Positions 31,457-41,500 of a stretch of DNA of 64,000 nucleotides are shown here, in pieces (within the stretch, counting starts at the first letter, position 1; every line of letters starts with the position of its first letter). Origin of the DNA: Thermoplasmata archaeon (GTDB lineage: Archaea; Thermoplasmatota; DTKX01; DATEUP01); assembly GCA_041485285.1 (NCBI GenBank), contig JBGPJF010000004.1, forward strand, positions 24,468 to 88,467. The letters run 5' to 3'. The notes below the pieces were generated by a model. The model did not search any database, was not told the origin of the DNA, and was given only the letters and a program-made list of their open reading frames with translations. The translations under genes were made by a program, and so were the position numbers.

Positions 31457-31528
31457 GCGGCTATAGTCTAGCGGTCAGGACTGGAGCTTCCCAAGCTCTA
31501 AACCCGGGTTCAAATCCCGGTGGCCGCA
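31457..31528 (+). tRNA. tRNA-Gly (CCC), intronless, CCA not encoded
   Basis: GCGGCTA/TGGCCGC acceptor stem, anticodon arm GGAGC-TTCCCAA-GCTCT, T-loop GGTTCAAATCC, discriminator A. Confidence 0.95.
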
Positions 31529-31602
31529 TTCCCTCTCCCCACGCGCACCGCGCGCCTCGCGAAAACGGAAACTATTTGGGCGGATGCCCGCCTGGCATTC
31601 GC

Positions 31603-34170
31603 GTGGCAGCCACCCCCCCGAAGCGGCGAGCGCTGGCGCTTGCTGTGGCGGCGCTGGTGGCCGTGAACATTCCGTTTGCCGGCGTGCTTGCGGCCCCCGC
31701 CCCCCTTGCCGTCACGCAGGTCCCCGTCAGCCTGTGGATCCACAGCGACTACACGCTCTCGATGGCGGGCAACGCGCAGGATAACCCCGCGGCCGACAGT
31801 CTAACGACCCTTCGTACTTGGACGATGTCCGACGGGTTCCAGAAGGACGAGTGCATCGAGGGCGTCGACATCGGCGGCGGGCACGTCGGTTTCCAGGTCG
31901 AACTCCAGCTCGCATGGGCCACGGGAATAAGTGCAACGCAAGAGCTCTCGTTCAAGGTCAAGGACGGGACGGTCGTGCTGGCAAACGGCACCTTCGGGGC
32001 CCCGCGGCCGGCGGGCTCCAACACGATTTGGAACCTCAACTTCACGGGCGAACGCAGCGGGTGCACCGTGCTGAGGGGCCACGCACTGGCCCTCGAAGTG
32101 CTTTCGACCGTCACGGCCGGGACGGCTTCCGCGACGGTTGCCAACATCCGCAACGCGCACATCGCGTTTGCCATTAGCGACCCGATCGCGCCGCTTGCCC
32201 ACACGGAAAGCCCCAAGGGCCCCGCGACCGCGTTTTACCCGAACGACATCGACGGCAACCGCGAGATCATCGTGAACGGGACGCTTGGAAACGCGTTCAC
32301 CGACGCGTTCGTGTCCGCCGTGCGCCTCACCTTCAAGGACCCCTCGGGCAACGCGGTCAACAACGCGACGGGCGTTGTCTCGAAGGACAACTGGACGTAC
32401 ACCTGGAGCTACCCGCGCAGCCCCGCTGGTGACTACAGCATCGCGGTCCAAGTCGAGGACACGCAGGGCCACCTGTACAACACCTCGACCGCGTTCACCT
32501 TCGTCGGCTACGGCCTGCAGATCAACGCGCAGGGGGCGGCCGGCGGGCAGGTGACCCGCTACACGACGCAAGGCGCGTGCGCCGCCTACGACCTCACCGT
32601 CACGAACATCGGGGGCGCCGCCACGAGCGTGAGCATGTTCAAGGAGACTGGCGACCCCCCGAGCTGGCACACGAACTTCACGAAGGCGACGCTCTCGCTT
32701 GACCCCGGTGAGTCGGACACCACGACGTTCAATGCGTGCCCCGACGCCCAACTTGGCCCCGGCACCTCGACCCAGATCACGGTCGTCGCGCGGGCCAACG
32801 ACGACCCCCTGCAGCTGGCCAAGGACAGCCTGGAGACCACGACGATCATCGAGCGCGAGATCGAGCTCGAGATCGCTCCCCCTTCGACGACCGCCAATGT
32901 TAAGCTCGCCGGGTTTGCCACCTACGACTTCACGATCACGAACCACGGCGGGCTCTCCACGGATGTCACCCTCAACGCCACCGCCGCGCCCTCGGGCTGG
33001 GACCGCGCGCTGAACGGCTCGGGGCTCGTCGAGGAGGCCGGCGGGTATCGCCTGCCGGGCCTTGCCGCCGGCGCTTCGGTGGTGCTCACCCTTTCCGTGC
33101 AGGCCCCGAGCGCGGCCACGCCCGACACGACGTTCGTGTGCACCGTCACGGCAAGGTCGGTCGAGAACGCCTCGGCCGTGTCCACCTTCGTGGCGACGAC
33201 CTTCCTCGTGCTCGGCATCGAAATCATCCAGACCTCGCTGCCCGTCCAGCCCGAGTCCGACCCAAACCGCGACGTGGACTATCAGTTCGAGCTCACGAAC
33301 ACCGACCCGCTGGCTAAGCACCTGGTCAACAACTCGGACATCTCGGTGTCCGAGCTGGGCACGCCGCAGACCATCAAGGGCGTCGACGGCGGCGACATCA
33401 CCATTTCCCCGCCCATCGACTGCTGCGACCCGGCCACCTCGCAGGTGGTCGGCATCACCGTCACGCTGCCGGCGCACGCGCGGTCGGGCAAGTACCAATT
33501 CACGCTCTCCGTCCAGTTCGACAACGACCCCACCCACGTCGCCACGCTGAACTTCACGCTGCTCGTGAAGCGGGTCGTCGACTACTTCCTCGTCATCGAC
33601 GGCAAGCCCTCGCAGATCATCCTTAACGGCACCGGCGCGACCGTCATCCATGCGGCGATCGTGAGCCAAGGCAACGCGCCGGTCTCCGTCGAGGTCACAG
33701 GCAAGATCATGAAAGGCGATACCGAGGACTCGTCGTGGACGCTGCGCCTGCTTGACGCCACGGGGTCGGAGCTTTCGTCCACCATCGTGCTGCAGCCGGG
33801 GGCCGAAATGCGCATCGGCATTTCGATCATGGCCTCGAGCGCATCGCTGAACGGCGAGCACCGCGACTTCACCTTCCACATGAACGAGGCGCTGTCGTCG
33901 CGCACGCCGTGGGACCTGGCCCCGCCCGTCGACCTTGTCGTCGACCTCGACCCGGCGACCGTGTTCACCCGGATGTGGCAGCAAAACGTGCTGCTCGTCG
34001 TCATGTTTGTGCTGCTCGCGTCGGTGGCCGCCTGGATGGCCAAGCGCGCGTTGGCCGGGGGGGCCCCTGCCAAGCCCGCGCCGCCGCCAGCCCCCAAGGT
34101 CCCCGAAAAGAAGCCCGCCGCCGAGAAGGGGACGGGGACTACGTCAGCAGCTGGGCCCCCGAAGGCGTGA
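31603..34170 (+). CDS. Large exported protein with tandem COG1470/NEW3-like Ig domains and C-terminal TM
   Basis: Signal KRRALALAVAALV; repeated 'YDxTxTNxGG...PxxW' motifs; hydrophobic C-terminal helix; GTG start 31603. Confidence 0.8.
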   Translation: MAATPPKRRALALAVAALVAVNIPFAGVLAAPAPLAVTQVPVSLWIHSDYTLSMAGNAQDNPAADSLTTLRTWTMSDGFQKDECIEGVDIGGGHVGFQVELQLAWATGISATQELSFKVKDGTVVLANGTFGAPRPAGSNTIWNLNFTGERSGCTVLRGHALALEVLSTVTAGTASATVANIRNAHIAFAISDPIAPLAHTESPKGPATAFYPNDIDGNREIIVNGTLGNAFTDAFVSAVRLTFKDPSGNAVNNATGVVSKDNWTYTWSYPRSPAGDYSIAVQVEDTQGHLYNTSTAFTFVGYGLQINAQGAAGGQVTRYTTQGACAAYDLTVTNIGGAATSVSMFKETGDPPSWHTNFTKATLSLDPGESDTTTFNACPDAQLGPGTSTQITVVARANDDPLQLAKDSLETTTIIEREIELEIAPPSTTANVKLAGFATYDFTITNHGGLSTDVTLNATAAPSGWDRALNGSGLVEEAGGYRLPGLAAGASVVLTLSVQAPSAATPDTTFVCTVTARSVENASAVSTFVATTFLVLGIEIIQTSLPVQPESDPNRDVDYQFELTNTDPLAKHLVNNSDISVSELGTPQTIKGVDGGDITISPPIDCCDPATSQVVGITVTLPAHARSGKYQFTLSVQFDNDPTHVATLNFTLLVKRVVDYFLVIDGKPSQIILNGTGATVIHAAIVSQGNAPVSVEVTGKIMKGDTEDSSWTLRLLDATGSELSSTIVLQPGAEMRIGISIMASSASLNGEHRDFTFHMNEALSSRTPWDLAPPVDLVVDLDPATVFTRMWQQNVLLVVMFVLLASVAAWMAKRALAGGAPAKPAPPPAPKVPEKKPAAEKGTGTTSAAGPPKA

Positions 34171-35047
34171 TCAGCACCGTGTGCTCGTGCTGGGACACGA
34201 AGCCGCTCCCCTTCTCGACGAGCACCGGGTACGCGTAGATCACGCCCGCGCTCTTCAGCAGCTTCACGCTCTTCTTGGGGTCTTTGCAGAGGTCCTTGCA
34301 CCACCGCGCCGCAAACGGCAGGAAGGGGTGCGCGCGCTCGATGGCGTCCATCAGCACGGCGGCGTCGGGGTCCTTGACCTTGCGCCGCCCCTGGAACCGG
34401 TAGATGTTGCCCGGCGGGCCGTTCAGCACCTCCCCGTCGCCGCTGGTGGCGAAGGGCTCGATGGCGAAGACCTCGTAGGCCCTTGCGACCTCCTTGCTCG
34501 TCGTCTTCACATTGGGCACCGACTTGCCCGCGTGGAGGAGGTTGCGGGCGATGAGGTGGCCCGTGAGGTTGGAGATCGGCTTGAACCCGAAGGCGCCGAT
34601 CGTCTGCTCGATCGCCTCGCCCACCTTGGCAAGCTGCATGTCGGGGCCGATGGTCTCGACGCCGGCGGCAAGGGCATCGCGCGAAGCGCGGACAAGTTGG
34701 GAAAAGCGCCGGCCTCCGCCGACCTCGACGGTGGCCGCCGAGTCCGCGGGGTACCCGTCGACGTGGGCGCCGATGTCGACCTTGTACACTTGGCCCGCCT
34801 CGAACACGCGCGCGTCGCCGATGTCCGGGGTGTAGTGGGCCGCCCAGAAGTCCGCCGACAGGTTGAGCGGGAAGGCGGGGGCGGCGCCCTCGGCTCGGAT
34901 GTACCCCTCGACCTTTTCGGCCACCTCTTCCAACTTCGACCCTGGCACGCAGAGGGAGATGGCCATGTCGCGTGCGCGCGCGGTGATCTTGCCGGCCTTG
35001 CGCCACTTTTCAATGGCGTCGTCCGAGAGGGGGCCGTCCTTGGCCAT
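34139..35047 (-). CDS. map: Methionine aminopeptidase type II
   Basis: AAHYTP, KVDIGAHVDGYPADSA, NLTGH, FAIEPFAT, SQHEHT. Confidence 0.96.
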   Translation of the reverse strand: MAKDGPLSDDAIEKWRKAGKITARARDMAISLCVPGSKLEEVAEKVEGYIRAEGAAPAFPLNLSADFWAAHYTPDIGDARVFEAGQVYKVDIGAHVDGYPADSAATVEVGGGRRFSQLVRASRDALAAGVETIGPDMQLAKVGEAIEQTIGAFGFKPISNLTGHLIARNLLHAGKSVPNVKTTSKEVARAYEVFAIEPFATSGDGEVLNGPPGNIYRFQGRRKVKDPDAAVLMDAIERAHPFLPFAARWCKDLCKDPKKSVKLLKSAGVIYAYPVLVEKGSGFVSQHEHTVLITPSGAQLLT

Positions 35048-35121
35048 TGGAGTCCGGCGAGCACGAGCGTGGGGAAAAGCCCTTTGGGTCGCTTGCGCCG
35101 GCCGGTCGGGCCCCGCGCGGC

Positions 35122-35778
35122 TCACCGCAGCACTTCGAAGGCGCGCAGCGCCGAGCGAAGTTCGGCCTCGTTCAACTGCCCCGGCCTTCGCACCGTGACA
35201 GGGCGCACGGAGAAGTCCACGATCGCGCTCGGGATCCCCGCCGAAGGCAGCGGCGTGCGCACCTCGATGTCCGCCGCCTCGCGCGCGGCCGTGGACACAT
35301 CGCGCAGGTTCTCGGGGGGCGGGGAGCCGTGCTTGTTCGCGCTTGTCGAGGCGATCGGGTGGCAGGAGCGAAGGACCGCCCGCAGGAACGGGTGCGTGAT
35401 GACGCGCACCGCGACCGAGGTGTTCCCGTCCTCGTCGTGGCTCGGGAAGATGAGCGTCATCGGCACGCGCACCGCGTCCATGAGGCGGCCGAGGCCCCGT
35501 AGGCTCACGGCTTCGAGGTCTGCGAGCATCTCGACCGACGGCAGGTCGGGGAAGAGGTAGATGAACTGCTCCCGCGGGCGCTCCTTGAACGCGCACAGGC
35601 GGTTCATCGCGGCGTCGGCGTCGAACCACGCGTGCAGCCCGGGCACCGTGTCGGTGTCCGATAGGACAATGAGGCCAAGCTTCAGCGCCTGCTCGTACTG
35701 GGCCGCCGCGCCGCAGTGGCAGCCCGAGGCGGCGACCTCAGCCCTGGCTTCTTGGCAGGTGACGATCTTCCGGGCCAT
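35122..35778 (-). CDS. TsaC/YrdC-family threonylcarbamoyl-AMP synthase (divergent, no Sua5 domain)
   Basis: TDTVPGL, FKERP, STSAN, PSAIVD. Confidence 0.8.
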   Translation of the reverse strand: MARKIVTCQEARAEVAASGCHCGAAAQYEQALKLGLIVLSDTDTVPGLHAWFDADAAMNRLCAFKERPREQFIYLFPDLPSVEMLADLEAVSLRGLGRLMDAVRVPMTLIFPSHDEDGNTSVAVRVITHPFLRAVLRSCHPIASTSANKHGSPPPENLRDVSTAAREAADIEVRTPLPSAGIPSAIVDFSVRPVTVRRPGQLNEAELRSALRAFEVLR

Positions 35779-35825
35779 CTGGGGAAATTACGGCAATATT
35801 GCACTTGATCCTTTGCCCCCGAGGT

Positions 35826-36548
35826 TCAGGGCCGGATTTCATCCCACGTGGCGGCCCACGCGTCGAGCAGGTCGTCCCCGAACGACTTCTTGTGGGCGAG
35901 CAGCACCTTGGCCACTTCGCGCTCGTTGAGGACGGTGAAGTAGGTCTCGCGGCCCTCGCGCCTGCGGGAGAGGATCCCGCGCTTCTCGAGTTTCTTGAGG
36001 TGGTAGTGGAGGGTGGAGCCGGAGATCGAGAAGGCTTCGCGCACCTGCCCGAAGTTCAACCCCGGGTTGAGCAGCAGGTGCATAACGATGCGCCGCGGGA
36101 TTTCCTGGCGCAGCGCGCCGATGAGCTCGCGGTCCAAGCCCCCCATTTGGCCCGCGACGTAGTAGCGGCGGTAGATCCCGTCCTCGCGCTCGGTCACAAG
36201 CTCGAGGCGGACGAGTTCGCGCAGGTGGTACTCGACGGTGCCAAGCGGCAGCTGCAGGGCCTGCTGCACCCCGCGCAGGTGGGTGCCCGGGAAGTCGCGG
36301 ACGAACTCGAAGATGATCTGGCGCGTGGATCGCGGGGGCGTGCGGTCGCGGCGCGAGCGCAGCGGGGTCGGCGTCCCTCCCGGCGCCGGCCCCGGCGGCG
36401 GGGCGGGCGGCCCTGAAGGCGGAGGCGGGGGAGGCGGCGGGGCAGGCGGCGCAGGCGGGGGAGGCGGCGGGGCAGGCGGAGGCGCAGCGGCGGCCGCGGG
36501 CCCCGGCGTGGGCGTCGCTCTTCGCTCCGGGGCCCCGTCGTCTGCCAT
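35826..36548 (-). CDS. Soluble double winged-HTH regulator (COG3398-like) with poly-Pro N-terminus
   Basis: TRQIIFEFVRDFPGTH...GTVEYHL and NPGLNF...STLHYHLKKL. Confidence 0.85.
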   Translation of the reverse strand: MADDGAPERRATPTPGPAAAAAPPPAPPPPPPAPPAPPPPPPPPSGPPAPPPGPAPGGTPTPLRSRRDRTPPRSTRQIIFEFVRDFPGTHLRGVQQALQLPLGTVEYHLRELVRLELVTEREDGIYRRYYVAGQMGGLDRELIGALRQEIPRRIVMHLLLNPGLNFGQVREAFSISGSTLHYHLKKLEKRGILSRRREGRETYFTVLNEREVAKVLLAHKKSFGDDLLDAWAATWDEIRP

Positions 36549-36647
36549 TTTTCCACCTCCTTTTCTGTTACGTTCTCAACCGGTCGCTTGCAGCCCTCCC
36601 CGCACGCGACCACCGTTTACTGCCGTTTCCTCACCTCCCCCCGGTCT

Positions 36648-36914
36648 TCACTTCATGATGAGCGACAGGTACAGCAGCAGCAGGATCACGAGGTCCACCA
36701 GCAGCAGCACCGTGTCGACGGGCACGATCGCCACGGCCGCGAAAATCGACAGGGCCGTGAGTAAGCCTTTGAGCGCGAAGGCGGCGAAGGCGGCGGTCAC
36801 CCAGATGAGGCGGCGGTTCCCGGTGCGGTGCAGCGACAGCCACGTTGTCCCGGCAAGCCCGATGGACAGCACGATCACGCCTGCAGCCAGCACCACGTCG
36901 ATTACACTCGTCAC
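36648..36914 (-). CDS. Small 3-TM membrane protein
   Basis: SLHRTGNRRLIWVTAAFAAFALKG; resembles small membrane proteins encoded beside archaeal wHTH genes. Confidence 0.7.
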   Translation of the reverse strand: MTSVIDVVLAAGVIVLSIGLAGTTWLSLHRTGNRRLIWVTAAFAAFALKGLLTALSIFAAVAIVPVDTVLLLVDLVILLLLYLSLIMK

Positions 36915-36995
36915 GCTCTCGTCCTCCGCGACCTTGCTTCCCTTGCCCGGTGCACGCGCGCGAAGCGCAAGCAAGAGGGCCGCCTGCGGCGGACC

Positions 36996-38429
36996 TCAGT
37001 ACTTCTTCGCGCGCGCGTACACCGAGAAGAAGAACATCGCCGAAACGGCGGCAAGCGCCGCGGCAAACACCAGGGCCGACGGGCGGGGGGGCGCAGGCGG
37101 GGCAGGCGGGACGCCAAGCGGCGGCGGGGCCGGGTTCACCACGACGCCGGCAAGCGGGTCGAGGCCGACGGAGGCAAGCGTCGGCCCGGCGGGGGCCGCA
37201 AGGTAAAGCGTGAGCGTTTGGTTGTTGAGCGCGCGCGAGGCCGACACCTGCGCGAAGCGCTGCTGGCCGGAGGCGAGCGCCTGGTCGGCGAGCGTGAGCC
37301 ACGCGAAGTATCCGATGACCGCTCCCGTCGCGTTCACGGCGGTGACGCGCTCCAGGTCGGCGGGGGTGCTCGACGCGATCGGCGCATTCGAGAGGTTTCC
37401 GGCCGCGGGGTCCAGCCGTTCATAGCCGCCCGGGCCGGCCACGAGGTAGGTGGCGCCCGCGGCCTGCGCCTTCAGGTCGACCTGGAACGCGAGGTCGCTG
37501 CCGGGCAGCGTGCCGTTGAGGCGCATGCGCAGGTCGACCTTGAGCTCGAAGCCGCCGAGCACGGGCACCGGCAGCGGCCCCGGCGCGGTGCCGTTGCGCT
37601 GTGTGATGAGGAAGGAAAGCGAAGCTTCCGCACCCACGGGCGTTGGGCACCAAGTGCCCGTGAACTGAACGGGGGCCGACAGCGTGAAGCGAACGAAGCT
37701 GCCGAAGTCGGGCGAGGGGCCGACATCGAGCGACACAAGCGCCCACGGGGCCCCGCCAAGGTCGGCCGCGCACAGCGCTTCGGAGCCGTTGAACGCGCCG
37801 TTGCCGTCGGTGTCGGCAAACGCCACGGCCCGCTCAAAGGTCGCCTCGATGCCCGTGAGGGACCCGCCTGACGGCGCGAAGCGCAGTTGCGGTCGCGTCA
37901 AGTTCACGGTCGCGTTCATCCACGGGGAGGCAAGCTGCACTTGGCCTGGCCCCACCTGCAGGCGCGGCCGGTCGCCAAGCGGCGTCGGCTCGAAGTCCGA
38001 CGCAAGGTACGGCGGCGAGGTGAACGATGCGTTCTCGTCGAACGCCCCCGAAGGCGCCGAGGTGAGCCGCACCGTCAGCGTGTACGGCCCGTCAAGCTGC
38101 TTCTCGCTGATCGTGGGACCTTCAATGCGCACCGTCAGCACCGCAGCGCCGGCCTGCAGGTTGGCCTGCGATGAGGTGGATGCAACGACCGTGCCGCCCG
38201 CCGGCCAGATCAGGGTCGCATTGGCGAGGTAATTGCCCGTCGCCGGCGGCGAGAGCGCCAGCGTGATGTTGAGGTAGTCGTCGAGCCCGTTGCCGCTTGT
38301 GTCCACCGCGTCGAAGTCCGCGCGCACGATCGAGGCGGAGGGGTCTGCGTGCCCCGCGGGGACGAATGACGCGAGGAGCGCCAGCGCCGCAATGAAAATG
38401 GCGCGCGCCCGGGCCCGTCCATCCCCCAC
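36996..38429 (-). CDS. Exported protein with DxDGNG motifs and C-terminal TM
   Basis: Signal peptide, VDTSGNGLDDYL, DTDGNG, Pro linker, TM plus RAKKY. Confidence 0.75.
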   Translation of the reverse strand: MGDGRARARAIFIAALALLASFVPAGHADPSASIVRADFDAVDTSGNGLDDYLNITLALSPPATGNYLANATLIWPAGGTVVASTSSQANLQAGAAVLTVRIEGPTISEKQLDGPYTLTVRLTSAPSGAFDENASFTSPPYLASDFEPTPLGDRPRLQVGPGQVQLASPWMNATVNLTRPQLRFAPSGGSLTGIEATFERAVAFADTDGNGAFNGSEALCAADLGGAPWALVSLDVGPSPDFGSFVRFTLSAPVQFTGTWCPTPVGAEASLSFLITQRNGTAPGPLPVPVLGGFELKVDLRMRLNGTLPGSDLAFQVDLKAQAAGATYLVAGPGGYERLDPAAGNLSNAPIASSTPADLERVTAVNATGAVIGYFAWLTLADQALASGQQRFAQVSASRALNNQTLTLYLAAPAGPTLASVGLDPLAGVVVNPAPPPLGVPPAPPAPPRPSALVFAAALAAVSAMFFFSVYARAKKY

Positions 38430-38535
38430 GCAAGCGGCCTCCCCACACCAGGGCCGCCTCGAAAAGCCCCTGGCTCGCTACTAAAGCGTTGTCCTACAGG
38501 GGTCGAAAGCACCGCGTACGAGTCGCAATCGCGCA

Positions 38536-41500
38536 CTAGCACGGCGGCGGCGGGCTGTTCGGGTCGGCAAGGAACTCGCGCGGCACATTGCACCACTCGG
38601 GGTGGCTCGCCGGGTCGCGCGGGTTGAACCAGGGCGACGAGCGCGCCTCGATGACCGTCTTCCAGCCGTCGAGGTCGGGGTCGGCCTCGCGGCCGTTCAC
38701 GCCGGTGCGGTCGGCGTCGTCGAAGCCGAACATGGCCTCGTACCACCGAGGCAGCTGGTCGAAGTCCCGGTCCTTGAAGTACTGCACGAACCCGTCGACC
38801 GGGCCCTGGCAGTTCTGCGCCGCGGCGGTGATCTTCTTGCCCGGGTGCGTCGTGACTTCGTTGATCCCGTCGCCGTCGATATCGTCGCCGAACCAATACT
38901 CCTCGATGTTCGTGAACTGCTCGTTGTCGAGGTAGTCGTCGACCACGCCGTCGCCGTTGAAGTCCCGGCGCGTGATGACCGCGGGGTAGCTGCCGGAGCA
39001 GATGTCAATCGGCTGGCTCGAGTCGACCACGCGGCTGTAGTTCCAGCCGTCGTTGTCGGGGTCCTGGTTCGCGTCGCCCGGGTAGAGGGGGTCGAGGATC
39101 GGCTTGCCGGTCGTTGCGTTGCCAATCGCGTACTGGACTTCCCAGCCGTCCGGCATCCCGTCGCCGTCGGTGTCGGGGTCGAACGCGCTCGTCTTCTTCA
39201 CGGCCTCCACGGTGTTGTTGATCCCGTCGCGGTCGATGTCGCCCGTCGAGTCGCCGCGGCGGACCGGGTTCAGCGCGGTGGCATTGACCGATGGGTTTGT
39301 GGGACGCTTGGAGTGCCACAGGATCACCGGGTCGAGGTCCTTGTCGTCCGTGTAGAACTTCTGGTAATCGACGCGCGTCTGCGTGAAGTTGAAGCTGCCG
39401 TCCACGCGGATGACCGGGTGTCCGGGGTTGTCCCACGCGTCATAGTCCGAGTCGCCCATGCGCGGGTTCGTCGAGATGTGGTTGTAGGGGTCGCGGGCGT
39501 ACACGTACTCCTCCCAGTTCGTCCAGTTGTCCGCGAGGATGACGATGCCCGTGTCAGGGTCAACCTCGTGGGTCGCGTTGAGCTCCTTGTCGAGGTTCGT
39601 GCTGTAATCGGCGGGGTCCGCGGGGTTGAGCCCGTAATAGGACTCCCACCAGTCGGCCATCCCGTCGTGGTCGCCGTCGCAGGAGAGTGGGTTGGCGATG
39701 AACACGTGGTTGTACTTGTCGGGGACCGCTTCGTCGAGGTGCCCGCGGGGCGGGGTGTTGTAGAGGTACTCGTCGAGGTCGAAGAACCCGTCGTTGTCCG
39801 CGTCGGCAGAGCAGCCGTTCGAGGGGACATAGGGGTCGAACAGGTTGGCCTTCTCCCACCAGTCGGGCATCAGGTCGCCGTCGGTGTCCGCGTAGACCGG
39901 GAGCCGCGGGATGTAGAACTTGCCCGGCTGCTCGTTGGTGTCGATGACGCCGTCGCCGTCGGTGTCAAGGTCGATGGGGTTGAGGCGCAGGATGTACTCC
40001 TGCATGTTCGTGAGGCCGTCTCCGTCGAAGTCGTCGTTGACGTCGTCGATGAGGTTCCCGTTGGCGTCGGTCTCCTTGTAGGCGAGCGGGTAGATTCCAA
40101 GGAAGTCGAGCTCCCATTTGGTCGGCAGCCCGTCCCCGTCGATGTCGCTGTTGTCGAATTCGAAGCCGTCCGTGAGCCCGTCGCCGTCGGTGTCGGGGAT
40201 GGTGGGGTCGGTCGAGTCCACCTGCTCCTTGGCCGTGCCCGCGATGAAGTTGCCCGGAATCCAGTCCGTGTTGACCTCGAAGCCGTCTTGGAGTCCGTCG
40301 TTATCCGTATCTGGGTTTAATGGATCCGTACAGCGCGTCACGTTGTCCGTGAACCCAGGCAGGTAGAGCCGCATGCACTCTTCGAGGCCGCCCTCCACCA
40401 CGTGGGGCACCTCGTTGAAGTCGTCGAGCTTGTCGCCGTCGGAGTCCTTCAGGTTCGGGTTCGTCCCCTGGATGCCGGGCTTGCTCTCGTTGCGGTCGGT
40501 GAAGAGTTCGACCCAGTCGGAGAGGCCCTCGAGGTCGGTGTCGGCGTTGGTCGCGTTGGTCTTGTAGATCGTGACCTCGTTCCAGTCGCACAGGTCGTGC
40601 TCCTCGTCGACGCCCTCCGGCAGCCAGGACGAGGGCTCGGTGCCCGCCGGGCCGGCGGTCGGGACCTTGCCAAACGGCCCGTCGTCGATGACGCTGTCGC
40701 CGTCGTTGTCGATGTTGTCGTTCTGCTGGAACTTGGCGTCGCCGTCGTTGTCCACGCCGTCGAGGATCTCCTCGCAGGGCGCCGAGTTGCCATCGCCGTC
40801 TTCGTCATCGGGGTGGTCGTCGATGTCGGTGTCGGCCGTGGTGGCGTCGGTGCGGTAGGAGTAGGTCTTGCCCTCGACGCTGACCGTCCAGGTCTTGGTC
40901 ACTTCGTCGAAGTCGGAGAGGAAATCACCGTCGGTGTCGATGCGCCGCGGGTTGGTGTGGGCGTAGAACTCCTGGAGGTTCGTGAGCCCGTCGGGGGTGA
41001 CCACGCCGCGGGTCAGGTCAACGTCCTGCAGCGCGTCGTTGTGGCACGTGTCAAGGGTGTACTGCGCCTCCCAGCCGTCGGGCATCAGGTCTTGGTCCGT
41101 GTCGTTGTTGCGCGGGTTGAGGCGGCAGCCCGGGTTGTTGTACTCGTTGATGTTCGGAAGGCTGTCGTTGTCGGGGTCCTGGAATTTGTCCGAGCCGTTC
41201 AGCGGCAGCAGGCTGTAGAACACTTCCCAGCCGTCGTCCATCCCGTCGCCGTCGGTGTCGGGGCTGATCGGGTTGGTGCCGAGGATGAGGACTTCCTGCA
41301 TGTCGGCGGTGTTCCAGTCGGTGATCGGGACGCCTTCCTCGGGCACCGGGTAGGTGTCGTTGTCCGAGTCGGCCTGGTCGGGCCGCGTGTGGAGGTAGAA
41401 CTCGTCGATGTTGGTGCCGGCCAGCACGAAGTCGCTCGGCGACACATCGGGGGGGACTTCGCGCAGGCACGTGCCGTTGACGGGGTCGCGCGGCAGGCAC

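Noticed and set aside
31457..31528. tRNA-Gly as an integration site
   Set aside because: I saw no duplicated tRNA 3' end and no integrase in the window.
30139..31602. 5' extension of the 1343-aa track ORF
   Set aside because: Arg/Pro-rich off-frame read across the antiporter and tRNA; the real protein begins at the signal peptide near 31603.
36380..36510. GGCGGCGGGGCAGGC-type tandem repeats (also 20520-20900)
   Set aside because: Explained by poly-Pro/Ala and PYG coding tracts.
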